A program made the translations under genes and the position numbers. Below, one piece after another: positions 27,958 to 38,659 of a DNA stretch of 64,000 nt. The notes under the pieces were generated by a model. The model worked only from the letters and a program-made list of their open reading frames with translations. It made no database searches and had not been told where the DNA came from. The stretch is from the NCBI GenBank assembly GCA_034171505.1, contig JAXFGC010000004.1, positions 15,269 through 79,268 on the forward strand, written 5' to 3'. Every line of letters begins with the position of its first letter. The first letter of the stretch is position 1. The DNA comes from Candidatus Enteromonas sp. GTDB lineage: Bacteria > Bacillota_I > Bacilli_A > RFN20 > CAG-826.

Positions 27958-30870
27958 ATGAAAACAACGATTGGCATCTTCCTAACGTCTCTATTCTTCT
28001 TAACGGGGTGCTCCTCCGCCTCTTTGATTTCCGTTCAACCCAAAGGGGCCTATGCCTCCACCTCCGTGAGCGACGGGCAAATCATCGATCTCAATCCCGT
28101 CAGCGAAGAGGACATCCGTTCCTATTATTCTTCTTTAAACTCCCTATCCGCGGAAGAACGTTCGGGGACGAATCTGCTCAAGAACCTAAAGCCAATCCTC
28201 TCGAACAATCAGAAGTACTATAGCTACGACTCCGGCTCCTCCAACAACCCCAACCCCTTATGGAAGATGTATGAAATCACCGATCGCGATTGGGATTTGT
28301 CCCCCGCGAGCGAGCTTTCGACTTACGATGCATCGACCAATACCATCCAAGGTTATACTTATTCGGCCTCAAATCCTTCTCTCCATGTTTTGTATATCGA
28401 CCGAAACATTCCAAACCAAGTCATCAGCGGATCCGCTTACCATAACACGGGTTCCTGGGACTATAACCGGGAACACATTTGGATGAAGAGCTATGGGATG
28501 CAGGAAAGCACTTCCCCCGTTTCCGCCGGAGCGGGCGGTCGAGGCGATCCCCATCACCTCTGGCCAAGCGCGGGCATCATCAACACCGCCACCCATAACG
28601 ACGCGGTTTATGGATACGTCGTGGATTCGGCACGCGTTGACAAAGATCCGGAGAATAACCCCCAATACAACGGGAACTACCGTGGCGCCAGCCGTACCCT
28701 CGGGGGAACCAAAGACGTCTTCGAACCTCAGGATTCCGATAAAGGGGACATCGCCCGCGCCCTCTTTTACATGGCCGCCCGTTATAACTCTTACGCGGGG
28801 GCGGATTCCGATGAGTTCAACATCAACAACCCGAACCTTTTCTTAAGCGACGTGGTCGCCCCCTCCGCGGGATACAGCACCTCCACGGATGCCTTTACGG
28901 TCGGCATCCTCCACGATTTGCTTGAATGGAATCGCCTCGATCCTCCCGATGAATTCGAAATCCACCGGAACGATTTGGTGTATTTGAACTACACGAATAA
29001 CCGCAACCCCTTTATCGATTTCCCCTCTTGGGCGGAAGACATTTGGGGCAAGGCCGTTGAGGGGACTTTGGATTATGAACCCACCGGCAAAGCCGCTTCC
29101 CCGTTAAACGATACCATCTCCGCTTTTTCCGCGGAGGTCACCCCTTCCATTGAGGTATCCTCCTCTTCCCTTTCCGTTACAAGTGGAAGTAGCCTCACCG
29201 TCAGTGCCACCAACAACGTTTCCGGTTCGATGTCTTGGAGCGTCGCGGATCCCTCCATCGCGACCTTATCCGCCTCTTCTTCCAGTAGTGGCGAAGAAAT
29301 CACGGTCACGGGGGTAGCCCCTGGAACCACCACCGTCACGGTTTCCTTGACCGTGAATGAAGTGGTTTATTCCGCCGAAATCGAAGTGAAAGTCGTTTCG
29401 GAGAAGAAGGACACGTTGACCAAGGAAACCACGGTTTCCGCCGGGGCGGGAGGATCCTATAAGGATTGGACCTACGATAGTCCCGTCCTTGGAAACACTT
29501 ATGTAGGGAATACGATTGCCGCGGTGGATTACATCCAAATGCGTTCGGATAATAGCAATTCCGGCATCGTCATCAGCAAGTCCTCCTGCAACATCCATCA
29601 AATCGATATCGAGTTCAACGCCAAGACGGCCGAAGGAAGGGTTCTTAACGTCTATGGCAGCAATACCGCATATATGTCCCCCGCGGATTTGTATTCCGAA
29701 AACACCCAAGGCACCCTTTTGGGCAGCATTACCTATACCGCGGGATCCCCCATGGGGTCCTTGCTCCTCGATACGGATTATCCCTATATCGGCATCCGTT
29801 CCAAAAGCGGTGCCCTCTACTTAACTTCCGTATCCTTCACCCCCGGGGAAGCGGCGGAAGAAGAACCGGTCGCGACCTCCATCACCGCGACCTGTGAGAA
29901 GGAATTTCGTCCCGGAGACACCATCTCCAAGGAGGATATCGCCGTCAAAGATAACCTCGGGAACGTCCTTGTTGATTATGAATTCACGGGGGAGGGGTAC
30001 TTGTTTACCTACGAAGATACCCTCGAAAACGGGGTCGGTTCCGTTAAGAAGTTCACCGTTTCTAGCGGGGATCTCCTCACGGAAGTCGAAGTGAACGTGA
30101 AACGGAATGTCTACGTTGCCCCGGAAGGTGGGGAACTCGTGATCGATTCCACCTTCTTATCGGGACATGGCATCCCCACCTCTTCCTCCACCGCGGGAAA
30201 TGGAACGTTCACCGACTCCACCACGGGAGTGAGCTTCGCCTATGCGGGAACCTATCTATACACTTCCTCGGGCAGTACGTACCTCTCGTTTGGGAAGTCC
30301 AACGCGGGGGAATTCCATAATACGTCCCCCTTATCTTTACCGATCTCCGCGGTTGCCCTGTCCTATCGCTTGGGATCTCCGGAAGGGAACCTCCGGGTAT
30401 CCAAAGACGGAACGACCTACGTCCTTGTTTCGGAAGCGGACCTCGCGGGGGAATCCTATTATTACTTCAAGGTGGATTACGAAGGAATCGAAGTCAGCGC
30501 CTATACCAACATCGCCTCCATCACCTTGTCCCTTCGCGGGAAGGAGAGCCTCGTTAACCTCGTGAATTACCTCATGGAATCCGATACGGAAGGACAATGC
30601 GAGGGTAAACTCGCGAAAGCCCTTCAAATCTATGACTCCTTATCCGCGACCGAACAAAACGAATTCGATTCGAGCCTCGATTATTGCGTTTCCAAGGCCC
30701 GGGAACGCCTTTCCGCGTGGAAAGTTGCCCCCAAAGGCGGGACGTCCCTGCAAGGGTTCCCGAGCCTTCCTTCCCTGGACTACTTGCCCATCGTCCTGGT
30801 TGTCGGATGCTTCTTGCTGGGAATCGGAGGGTATTGTTTCCTCCAAATATCGACAAAAAAGAGACATTAA
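27958..30870 (+). CDS. Surface lipoprotein with an N-terminal extracellular endonuclease-I-family nuclease domain, Ig-like (Big_2-like) repeats and a C-terminal TM anchor
   Basis: Lipobox LTGCSS. Endonuclease_1-like blocks HIWMKSYG..DPHHLWPS..EPQDSDKGDIARALFYMAARY. Big_2-like ..GVAPGTTTVTVSLTV.. C-terminal hydrophobic anchor LPIVLVVGCFLLGIGGYCFL. Confidence 0.75.
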   Translation: MKTTIGIFLTSLFFLTGCSSASLISVQPKGAYASTSVSDGQIIDLNPVSEEDIRSYYSSLNSLSAEERSGTNLLKNLKPILSNNQKYYSYDSGSSNNPNPLWKMYEITDRDWDLSPASELSTYDASTNTIQGYTYSASNPSLHVLYIDRNIPNQVISGSAYHNTGSWDYNREHIWMKSYGMQESTSPVSAGAGGRGDPHHLWPSAGIINTATHNDAVYGYVVDSARVDKDPENNPQYNGNYRGASRTLGGTKDVFEPQDSDKGDIARALFYMAARYNSYAGADSDEFNINNPNLFLSDVVAPSAGYSTSTDAFTVGILHDLLEWNRLDPPDEFEIHRNDLVYLNYTNNRNPFIDFPSWAEDIWGKAVEGTLDYEPTGKAASPLNDTISAFSAEVTPSIEVSSSSLSVTSGSSLTVSATNNVSGSMSWSVADPSIATLSASSSSSGEEITVTGVAPGTTTVTVSLTVNEVVYSAEIEVKVVSEKKDTLTKETTVSAGAGGSYKDWTYDSPVLGNTYVGNTIAAVDYIQMRSDNSNSGIVISKSSCNIHQIDIEFNAKTAEGRVLNVYGSNTAYMSPADLYSENTQGTLLGSITYTAGSPMGSLLLDTDYPYIGIRSKSGALYLTSVSFTPGEAAEEEPVATSITATCEKEFRPGDTISKEDIAVKDNLGNVLVDYEFTGEGYLFTYEDTLENGVGSVKKFTVSSGDLLTEVEVNVKRNVYVAPEGGELVIDSTFLSGHGIPTSSSTAGNGTFTDSTTGVSFAYAGTYLYTSSGSTYLSFGKSNAGEFHNTSPLSLPISAVALSYRLGSPEGNLRVSKDGTTYVLVSEADLAGESYYYFKVDYEGIEVSAYTNIASITLSLRGKESLVNLVNYLMESDTEGQCEGKLAKALQIYDSLSATEQNEFDSSLDYCVSKARERLSAWKVAPKGGTSLQGFPSLPSLDYLPIVLVVGCFLLGIGGYCFLQISTKKRH

Positions 30871-30910
30871 TGTCCTAGCATTCTTCTTTTCCCTGAAGTA
30901 GAGTGTTGGC

Positions 30911-32470
30911 ATGAGGAAAAAGAAGAAACGCATTCACAAGTTCAAGCGTTTGTCGCGCCGCTTCATCATCGCCCTGATGCTCGTCCTCCAGGTGCTTCTT
31001 TTGGTGCTCATCGGGTATTTATCCACCGCCCAAAAGGATCAAGGATGGGTGTTCTGGACGTTCTATGTCTTCGTCAGCATCCTAAACGCCGCCGCGCTCG
31101 TCCACATCGTATATGTCCATGGGGACCCTGCCTTTAAGGTGCCCTGGATCATCGCCCTTTTGGCATTGCCGGGAGTCGGCGTCCTCATTTACCTCGTGTT
31201 CCGTACCCATCCATTGCCGAAGGACACCCAACTGTTACTCCGCGAAACCGGGGAAAAGGCATCGCGGTATTTCCCTCCCGCGGAGGCGAAGGAAAAGGCG
31301 AAGAAAGACCCTTACTTCAATGCGTTCGCCTTAATCGAATCCTCTTCCTTTTTCCGCCTGAGCGAAGGCAACCGTTTCAAGTACTACAAAAACGGGGAGA
31401 CCTTCTTCCCCGAATTCATCGAACGCCTCAAAAGCGCGAAGGAATTCATCTTCTTAGAATTCTTCATCGTCGCGGATGGCATCATTTTCGACCAAATCCA
31501 TGACATCCTGGTCCAAAAGGCCCAAGAAGGGGTGGATGTCCGTTTCGTCTACGATGACGTCGGGTGCTTCACGACCGTCTCGGTGGATTTCTACAAGCAA
31601 CTCCAAAAGGAGGGGATCAAGTGTTATCCCTTCAATAAAGTGGGTTTCTTGCTCCTTGGTTTCTACAACAACCGTTCCCACCGGAAAATCGCGGTCATCG
31701 ACCACGATTACGCCTATACGGGCGGGATGAACCTCGCGGATGAATATGCGAACGCGGAAGAACGCTTCGGCTATTGGAAGGATTCCATGATCCAAATGGA
31801 GGGGCCCATCATCTCCACGATGATCGCCATCTTCCTTTCGGATTACGACATCGCGCGGAGAAAAGTCGATTCCTCCGAATACGACCGCTTCTTGGACCAT
31901 GTTTACCCAACCTACGAAGATGGGGGATATGCCCTCGCCTTTGGAACGGGGCCCGAAAACTTCTATCCCCTGCGGCTAGGGGAACTCAATTTTACCGAGA
32001 TGATCCACGCCGCGAAGGAAACCATCGACATCTGCACCCCGTATTTCATCCCATCCGACGAACTCCTCCACGCGATCGAACAGGTGGCCTTGCGAGGGGT
32101 CCGCGTCCGTTTGTTCTTGCCCCAAATCCCGGATAAGAAGATCCCCTATCTCATCGCCAAATACCATATCCCCTACTTGAACAAAGTCGGGGTGCAGGTG
32201 TATTTCTTCACCCCGGGATTCAACCACGAAAAGACGATGATCGTCGATGGCAAACTCGCGTTCGTCGGCTCCATCAACATGGACTATCGAAGCCTCGTCC
32301 ACCACTTTGAAAACGGCATCACCATCTATGGGGGTGAGGTCATGGGTGACATCCAAGAGGACTTCAACGAAATGGCGGAAGCTTCCACGCGCGTCCCGAA
32401 CTCGTTTTCCCTCACCGCTTGGCAAAAGATCCTCGTGGCCCTCTTAAGCGTCTTCTTCCCCCTCCTATAA
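30911..32470 (+). CDS. cls: Cardiolipin synthase (PLD superfamily)
   Basis: N-terminal TM helices. Two HKD motifs: HRKIAVIDHDYAYTGGMNL and HEKTMIVDGKLAFVGSINMD. Confidence 0.9.
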   Translation: MRKKKKRIHKFKRLSRRFIIALMLVLQVLLLVLIGYLSTAQKDQGWVFWTFYVFVSILNAAALVHIVYVHGDPAFKVPWIIALLALPGVGVLIYLVFRTHPLPKDTQLLLRETGEKASRYFPPAEAKEKAKKDPYFNAFALIESSSFFRLSEGNRFKYYKNGETFFPEFIERLKSAKEFIFLEFFIVADGIIFDQIHDILVQKAQEGVDVRFVYDDVGCFTTVSVDFYKQLQKEGIKCYPFNKVGFLLLGFYNNRSHRKIAVIDHDYAYTGGMNLADEYANAEERFGYWKDSMIQMEGPIISTMIAIFLSDYDIARRKVDSSEYDRFLDHVYPTYEDGGYALAFGTGPENFYPLRLGELNFTEMIHAAKETIDICTPYFIPSDELLHAIEQVALRGVRVRLFLPQIPDKKIPYLIAKYHIPYLNKVGVQVYFFTPGFNHEKTMIVDGKLAFVGSINMDYRSLVHHFENGITIYGGEVMGDIQEDFNEMAEASTRVPNSFSLTAWQKILVALLSVFFPLL

Positions 32471-32600
32471 ATTTTGGAAACTCAATAATGGTTTTCCCAT
32501 GAAAGGGCTTTCGTGGAAGCCTTGGCGATTTTTCCGATTTTATCGATTGAAAGATTTGTTTTCGTGCACTATATTTCTTGCGCGAAAAGAGAAACTGACC

Positions 32601-33173
32601 ATGTACCGCAATGACCTACGACCCACGATCGTGACCTCCTTCATCGAAGAATTCAATCTCCATGGACCCAAACTCACTTTGGACAAAGTGGCCTCCCGCA
32701 TCCATATTTCCAAGAAAACCATCTATCGTTTTTTCCGCAGCAAAGACGATATCTACGCCTATCTTCTAAACGAAGCCTGCACGATGATTCACCGCGAACA
32801 AAGCGCAATCGCCGCGGATCCGAACCGTTCCACCCGACAAAAGATCATCGATATCCTCACGATCCCAAGCGTCTATGAAACCCGGATGGATATCTCGAAG
32901 CTCCCGATGCTGGAAACCGAATCCCCCGCGATCTTCAAAAACTTCCTCCACGCGTTTGAAATCTCCTGGAACGACGTTTCTTCCTTGCTTCTCCAAGGGC
33001 AGGAAGAGGGAATCGTGAAGAAGGACATCAACGTCCCCCTCGCGGTGGGTTACCTCGAAGGATGCCTCCAACATCTCTTCATCACCCCGTTGCTCAAAAC
33101 CGCGAAACTGACCTACACGGAAGCGATCCACCAACTCGTGGACACCTTCCTCTTCGGGGCATTCGTCGAATAA
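32601..33173 (+). CDS. TetR/AcrR-family transcriptional regulator
   Basis: N-terminal HTH ..LTLDKVASRIHISKKTIYRFFRSKDDIY.. Start at ATG 32601 is preferred over the upstream track start. Confidence 0.7.
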   Translation: MYRNDLRPTIVTSFIEEFNLHGPKLTLDKVASRIHISKKTIYRFFRSKDDIYAYLLNEACTMIHREQSAIAADPNRSTRQKIIDILTIPSVYETRMDISKLPMLETESPAIFKNFLHAFEISWNDVSSLLLQGQEEGIVKKDINVPLAVGYLEGCLQHLFITPLLKTAKLTYTEAIHQLVDTFLFGAFVE

Positions 33174-33180
33174 AACGAAA

Positions 33181-33208
33181 ACAGGATGGTCGGAACCATC
33201 CTGTTTTT
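33181..33208. terminator. Bidirectional terminator between the TetR gene (+) and apt (-)
   Basis: acaggatggt-cgga-accatcctgt stem followed by TTTTT on the plus strand. Confidence 0.6.
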
Positions 33209-33224
33209 CGTTATTTTTAAACTT

Positions 33225-33746
33225 TCAATGGGAATCGCTTAAGACCATCAAGGTCTCGCAGGGGAGTCCCATGGTTTCTTCCCCGTGCAACTCCTCCAAG
33301 GTGATGAGGGTCAATGCCGCGACGGGAACCCCTCCCGCCTCGACGACGATCCTCTTTAAGGCATCGAAGGTTCCTCCCGTGGCCATTAGGTCATCCACGA
33401 GCAAGACCTTTGCCCCTTCGGGAATCACCCCTTCGGGGATTTCGATGCTCGCGGTGCCGTATTCTAAGGCGTAACTGGCTTTTATGGTTTTCCCCGGCAA
33501 CTTGCCCGCTTTCCGGCCCATGATGAATCCCTTACCGAGTTTATACGCAAGGGCGGCCCCGAAGATGAATCCCCGGGATTCGGCCCCGATGATGTAATCG
33601 GGGGAATATTTTTCGGCGAGCTTGGCCAGGTCGTCGATGACGCTTTGGAAGGCCGGGCCGTTTGCCACAAGAGGGGAGATGTCCTTAAAGGAGATTCCCT
33701 TCTTGGGGAAGTCCGGGTAAACGCCGATATGCTTTTCGTAGTCCAT
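33225..33746 (-). CDS. apt: Adenine phosphoribosyltransferase
   Basis: PRPP-binding motif VLLVDDLMATGGT. The N-terminus is typical of APRT. Confidence 0.9.
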   Translation of the reverse strand: MDYEKHIGVYPDFPKKGISFKDISPLVANGPAFQSVIDDLAKLAEKYSPDYIIGAESRGFIFGAALAYKLGKGFIMGRKAGKLPGKTIKASYALEYGTASIEIPEGVIPEGAKVLLVDDLMATGGTFDALKRIVVEAGGVPVAALTLITLEELHGEETMGLPCETLMVLSDSH

Positions 33747-33854
33747 GGAATGGTTGCCTCTCTAACGGAATAATTCTAATGGGAATCCATAAATACACAA
33801 GAAGAAAGCCCCTCTAAGAGGATGCTTAAAGGGGCAGGGATACAATATTTTTGA

Positions 33855-35402
33855 TTACGCCAACTTGGTCGCGTACTTGACGATGAAGAGGATGACGAAG
33901 GCGAGGGCGCATCCCGCGACCACGATATCGCTCTTCTTGAATTTGCCGGAAGCGGCCTTCATGACGGAGTAGAAGAGGAATCCCGCGGCGATGCCATCGG
34001 AGATGGAGTAGCTGACGGTCATGAACAAGACGGTCAAGAAGCCCGAACCGACGGCAATCCAATCGTGCCAATCAAGGTCCTTTAAGCCCGAGAACATGCA
34101 GACGCCGACGTAGACGAGGGCAAGTCCCGTGACCGCGGGGGTCGAGAACATCGATAAGGCGGGATAGATGAGGAGCGATAGGGCGAAGAGGAGGCCCGTG
34201 GTCACCGCCGCTAAGCCGGTGCGGGCACCCGCGGAGACACCGGTCGTGGATTCCACGAACGAGGTGACGGTGGAAGTGCCGCAGACGGCGCCAAAGCAGG
34301 TACCAATCGCGTCGCATACCATCGCGCCGCGGTCGGAGACTTTCATGTTGCCATCCTCATCGATCATGCCGGTTCCTTGTTCCACACCCACCAAGGTGCC
34401 GGTGGTGTCGAAGAAGTCGGTGAAAAGGAGGGCGAAGATGAGCGCATAGCTTTCCGGACGGGCAAAGCAAGTGAAGCCATGGAACACGCTGCCGAAGATT
34501 TTGCCGAAGTTGCCTACGCTCGAAATGTGGTAGCTCGAATCATAGAACGGGGCGAAGCCTTCCACCCCCGAACTGCCGAGGATGCCGCAAACCACACCCA
34601 TGACGAGAATCGAAATGATGACGCCGAACTTCTTGATCCAGAAGATGACGCGGTTTTTCTCGGGGAGAGAGGAGATGGCGACGATGAGGATGATGCCGAT
34701 GAGGCCCACGAGGACGGTCGGATCGGCAAAGCTGCCAAGGGCGACTTTGGTGGCGCTGTTCTCCACGATGATGCCCATGTTTTGGAGACCGATGAAGCCG
34801 ATGAAGAAGCCGATGCCGGCGGAAATGGCGATTTTGAGCGACTTGGGGATGGAGCGGACGATCCAAGCGCGAAGCGGGGTGATGGAAATGATCAAGAAGA
34901 GAATGCCATCGACGAGGACGACCATCATCGCTTCCGCGAAGTTGTAGCCCATCGTGAGAAGGACGGTGAAGGCGATGAGGGCGTTGAGGCCAAGTCCCGA
35001 GGCCAAACCGATCGGGAGTTTGCCAACGATGCCCATCAAGATGGTGGAGACCGCGGCCGAGATGGCGGTGGCGGCGAAGACGGCGGCGTTGAGCTCGGCG
35101 ACCGTTGCCCAGACATCTCCGTAGATTAAGACATAGACGACGTCCCCGACGAGTTTCATGTTCCCGTTGGCAACCCCGAGGCCCGCCGTTCCGACGTTGG
35201 CCCAGTTGCCCGAGAGCATTCCCGCGTTGAGGGGCAGGATGTAGAACATCGCCAAGAAGATGACGAGTCCGCCGAGTAATTCGCGAAGGATGTTCGATCC
35301 CCGCTCGCCGATATGGAAATACCGGTCCAGGAAAGAGCCGAATTTGGTCTTGGGCTTCCAAGAGGGTTCGGGGGTTTCCACGATTCTTTCTTCTGCTTCC
35401 AT
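33855..35402 (-). CDS. NCS2-family nucleobase permease (guanine/hypoxanthine-type)
   Basis: Polytopic, AzgA/PbuG-like. Perfect AAGGAGG RBS 7 nt before ATG 35402; the track ORF extends 26 codons further upstream. Confidence 0.85.
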   Translation of the reverse strand: MEAEERIVETPEPSWKPKTKFGSFLDRYFHIGERGSNILRELLGGLVIFLAMFYILPLNAGMLSGNWANVGTAGLGVANGNMKLVGDVVYVLIYGDVWATVAELNAAVFAATAISAAVSTILMGIVGKLPIGLASGLGLNALIAFTVLLTMGYNFAEAMMVVLVDGILFLIISITPLRAWIVRSIPKSLKIAISAGIGFFIGFIGLQNMGIIVENSATKVALGSFADPTVLVGLIGIILIVAISSLPEKNRVIFWIKKFGVIISILVMGVVCGILGSSGVEGFAPFYDSSYHISSVGNFGKIFGSVFHGFTCFARPESYALIFALLFTDFFDTTGTLVGVEQGTGMIDEDGNMKVSDRGAMVCDAIGTCFGAVCGTSTVTSFVESTTGVSAGARTGLAAVTTGLLFALSLLIYPALSMFSTPAVTGLALVYVGVCMFSGLKDLDWHDWIAVGSGFLTVLFMTVSYSISDGIAAGFLFYSVMKAASGKFKKSDIVVAGCALAFVILFIVKYATKLA

Positions 35403-35636
35403 TTTTTCCTCCTTATTCGGATAACAGGTCGACGTCTCTTGGAAAAAAGAAAAAATACCGCTCCGAGGATCTTTTTTCACTTTTCAAAGAGTTTTGGTTT
35501 CGACACAACACTATAGGCCTCTTTCTTTGCATTATTCCACCTTCGGTTGCCTGAAAGCGTTTTCGTCCAACCGACCCTTTTTTTGCCAAAAAGAGTTGGC
35601 TATCATATACGGAAAGGTAAAGTTTGGAGGACCCCC

Positions 35637-36284
35637 ATGGAAATCAACAAAATGCCGTCCGTTCACGTTTTGGACCATCCTTTGCTTCTGCACAAAATCT
35701 CGCAGATTCGCAAAGTGAGCACCCAAACCAACGAATTCCGTCAACTCGTCAAGGAGATCGCCGTCATCGAAGGGCTCGAAGCCTTCCGCGATCTGCCGAC
35801 CCAACTTGTCAAAATCCAAACCCCGTTAGAAGAAACCGTCCAACCCGTCATCGATCCGGATTCCCTCTGCTTCGTCCCGATCCTCCGCGCGGGTCTTGGA
35901 ATGGTCGACGGCCTCTTGGACCTCATCCCCGGGGCCCACGTCGGGCACATTGGGATGTACCGCAACGAAGAGACCCACATGCCCGTGGAATACTTCTGCA
36001 AACTCCCGAAGAACATCGCCGACCTCGACGTCTATCTCATCGACCCGATGCTCGCCACCGGGGGAAGCGCCATCGACGCGGTGGAAGCCCTCTATAAACG
36101 CGGGGTCAAGAAACTCCATTTCCTCTGCATCATCGCCGCTCCCGAAGGGGTGAAAGCCTTCTATGATAAGTACCCCGAAGTCCCCCTCTTCATCGGGGCG
36201 CTCGACCGGCAGCTCAACGAAAACGCCTACATCTGCCCAGGACTTGGGGATGCGGGCGATCGAATCTTCGGCACCATCCAATAA
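35637..36284 (+). CDS. upp: Uracil phosphoribosyltransferase
   Basis: ..VLDHPLLLHKISQIRK.. and the PRPP motif YLIDPMLATGGS. GGAGG lies before ATG 35637; ATG 35652 is an alternative start. Confidence 0.9.
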   Translation: MEINKMPSVHVLDHPLLLHKISQIRKVSTQTNEFRQLVKEIAVIEGLEAFRDLPTQLVKIQTPLEETVQPVIDPDSLCFVPILRAGLGMVDGLLDLIPGAHVGHIGMYRNEETHMPVEYFCKLPKNIADLDVYLIDPMLATGGSAIDAVEALYKRGVKKLHFLCIIAAPEGVKAFYDKYPEVPLFIGALDRQLNENAYICPGLGDAGDRIFGTIQ

Positions 36285-36291
36285 GCAAAAA

Positions 36292-36318
36292 GGGAACGGA
36301 CGACCCGTTCCCTTTTTT
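36292..36318. terminator. Bidirectional terminator between upp (+) and hpt (-)
   Basis: gggaacgg-acga-cccgttccc stem flanked by A-run and T-run. Confidence 0.65.
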
Positions 36319-36326
36319 GATGCCAA

Positions 36327-36887
36327 TTATCGTTTCTTGTCGACTTCCATTCTCTCGATGTCTTCCCCCGCGGCGCTATAGACGTAAGGGATGTGACGGT
36401 CGAGCTCGTCGTAATCGAGCCCATACCCCATCAAGAACAGGGAATCGTTGATTTCCTTGCCGACGAAATCGACGTCCACTTCGAGTTGTCGGAGGGGACG
36501 CTTGTTGAAGAGGGCGCAGACGAGAATCTGCTTGGGTTTGTATTTTTGGTAGATGTATTCCTTGAGGTAATACATGGTAAGTCCCGTGTCGACGACGTCT
36601 TCCACGAGGACGACGGTCCTTCCCTCAAGATTCGTGTGGATGTCGTTCTCCAAATTGATCTTGCCGGTGGATTTTTTGCCAACGTAGGAACGGACTTTGA
36701 TGTAATCGATGTAGATCGGGCATTTGATCTGCCGCGTCACGTCCGCGAAAAAGTAGAGGGCGCCCTTCATGACCGCGATGACCACGGGGATTTTTTCTTC
36801 GCTCTTGAGGCGCGCGGTTAACTGACGCCCCAAACGGCGGTTGATGGTTTGAATCTGCTCACTCGTCAAAACGACTTCGTCTCGCAT
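36327..36887 (-). CDS. hpt: Hypoxanthine-guanine phosphoribosyltransferase
   Basis: PRPP motif VVLVEDVVDTGLT. Confidence 0.9.
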   Translation of the reverse strand: MRDEVVLTSEQIQTINRRLGRQLTARLKSEEKIPVVIAVMKGALYFFADVTRQIKCPIYIDYIKVRSYVGKKSTGKINLENDIHTNLEGRTVVLVEDVVDTGLTMYYLKEYIYQKYKPKQILVCALFNKRPLRQLEVDVDFVGKEINDSLFLMGYGLDYDELDRHIPYVYSAAGEDIERMEVDKKR

Positions 36888-37022
36888 GGATATCTCTCCC
36901 TTGTATTAGCTTAGTTTATTCGTTGACGAATCGGGAAATCAACCAACCGGGCCATGAAAGCGCTATCTTACTAGGGTATTTCGCCCCTTTCCGTTGTAGT
37001 ATATAGAAAAGTGGAGGTTCCC

Positions 37023-38141
37023 ATGAAACTATCTTCCCCTCGTTTGGCGCTTACCTACGATGATTTGCTTTTGGTTCCCAAGCATTCGGAGGTGATTCCG
37101 AATGAAGTGGACGTTTCCACTCGTTTATGCCGCGGGATTACCCTGAAATGCCCGATTTTATCCGCGGCGATGGACACCGTATCCGAATCCTCTTTGGCCA
37201 TCGCCCTCGCCCGTGTGGGTGGGCTCGCGATCATCCATAAGAACATGAACATCGAGGACCAGGCAAAGGAAGTCCGAAAGGTCAAAGAAGCCAGTCCATT
37301 GCGCCCATCCGCTTCCGTTGACGAATCCGGACGCTTGCTTGTCGGGGCGGCCCTTGGGGCCAACCCCGAGATGCTGGATCGCGCGAAGGCGTTAATTGAA
37401 TCCGGCGTGGATGTTCTTTGCCTTGATTCCGCGCATGGGGATTCCCAAAACGTGATCGATAAGGTCGCCTTACTCCGTCAAACCTATCCTAGCATCCCCA
37501 TCATCGCGGGCAACATCGTGACTCCGGGGGCCGCGAAGCGTTTGGCGGAAGCGGGCGCGGACGTGGTCAAGGTCGGGATTGGCCCCGGATCCATCTGCAC
37601 CACCCGCGTGGTCGCGGGGGTTGGGGTTCCCCAAGCCACCGCGGTGGATGACGTGGTCCAAGTCGCCAAAGAACTCGGGGTTGGGGTCATCGCCGATGGG
37701 GGAATCCGTTATTCGGGGGACATCGTGAAGGCCCTCGCCTTAGGCGCGAACGCCGTCATGCTGGGTTCCATGCTTGCCCGGGCGGAGGAAGCCCCGGGAG
37801 AAGTCACCGAAATCAACGGGAAGAAGTACAAATCCTATCGCGGCATGGGCTCGTTAAAGGCCATGACCAAAGGAAGCGCGGACCGTTACTTCCAAAGTTC
37901 CAAGGGGAAACTCGTTCCAGAAGGGGTGGAAGCCCTCGTCCCCGTGGAGGGAAGCGTCGAAGACATCATCTACCAAATCGTCGGGGGACTCCGTTCGGGG
38001 ATGGGGTATTGTGGCGCCTCCTCCTTGATGGAACTCGCAGAAAAAGCGGAGTTCGTCCAAATCACCGCCTCGGGGGAAATCGAATCTCATCCCCATGACG
38101 TGACGATGGAACGTTCCGCGCCGAATTACGCGAAAAAGTGA
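37023..38141 (+). CDS. guaB: IMP dehydrogenase lacking the CBS (Bateman) subdomain
   Basis: Catalytic loop [16 protein letters not shown] flap [24 protein letters not shown] (absent in GMP reductase). 372 aa with no CBS pair between ..[19 protein letters not shown] and ..[16 protein letters not shown]. Confidence 0.8.
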   Translation: MKLSSPRLALTYDDLLLVPKHSEVIPNEVDVSTRLCRGITLKCPILSAAMDTVSESSLAIALARVGGLAIIHKNMNIEDQAKEVRKVKEASPLRPSASVDESGRLLVGAALGANPEMLDRAKALIESGVDVLCLDSAHGDSQNVIDKVALLRQTYPSIPIIAGNIVTPGAAKRLAEAGADVVKVGIGPGSICTTRVVAGVGVPQATAVDDVVQVAKELGVGVIADGGIRYSGDIVKALALGANAVMLGSMLARAEEAPGEVTEINGKKYKSYRGMGSLKAMTKGSADRYFQSSKGKLVPEGVEALVPVEGSVEDIIYQIVGGLRSGMGYCGASSLMELAEKAEFVQITASGEIESHPHDVTMERSAPNYAKK

Positions 38142-38259
38142 TCGCTATTGAGGGGAATCTCATCATGGACTCCCCTTTTTTGTTGCCGTGAAAATTCCTA
38201 AAAGACCTATCTTTTATTTCGTAAAAATTATGAGAAGATAATGGGTGGAGGTATCTCGA

Positions 38260-38469
38260 ATGGTATTTCCAAACTTTGCGCACCCGGTCCGCAGGCGCGG
38301 AAGGGGACCCATGCGGTTTCTTTCTATGGCGATCAACTTCGTGTTATTCGTGTTGGTCGTCAAAAAAGTATTGGACAAATTCTTCCGTAGGTGCACGGAG
38401 GGGGTCGCCCCAAACGGCGCATTCCGAGCCGAAAGGCAAAGGAAAAGGCCGCCAAGGCGGCCCCACTAA
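38260..38469 (+). CDS. Possible small membrane protein at the start of the GC-rich foreign block
   Basis: GGTGGAGG lies 8 nt before ATG 38260. One hydrophobic helix MRFLSMAINFVLFVLVV. The 3' end runs into repeat copy A. Speculative. Confidence 0.25.
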   Translation: MVFPNFAHPVRRRGRGPMRFLSMAINFVLFVLVVKKVLDKFFRRCTEGVAPNGAFRAERQRKRPPRRPH

Positions 38470-38508
38470 CATCACTTACAATATAGTCTAATACCTTGCG
38501 TCTGTCAA
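38431..38508. repeat. ~78-bp direct repeat copy A with embedded palindrome GGCCGCCAAGGCGGCC
   Basis: gaaaggcaaaggaaaaggccgccaaggcggccccactaacatcacttacaatatagtctaataccttgcgtctgtcaa. About 90% identical to copy B. Confidence 0.75.
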
Positions 38509-38659
38509 CCGGGGAGAGGGCGGGGCCGTCCCCCGAGGCGACCCTGCCCGCGCATTGTTGGGGGAGAGGGATCCATTTCGTTTTCGCGGGTCGGTCCCGC
38601 AGGCTTTCCGAAGGGGAGGCGCCCTTTCGCGCGCCCCGGCCACAGCGCCCGTTCAAGAT

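Noticed and set aside
35403-35560. Looked for a purine riboswitch or PyrR site in the NCS2 permease/upp leader
   Set aside because: No GUUUCUACC..CCGUAAAU purine-aptamer core or PyrR box was visible. Only an AAGGAGG RBS was seen.
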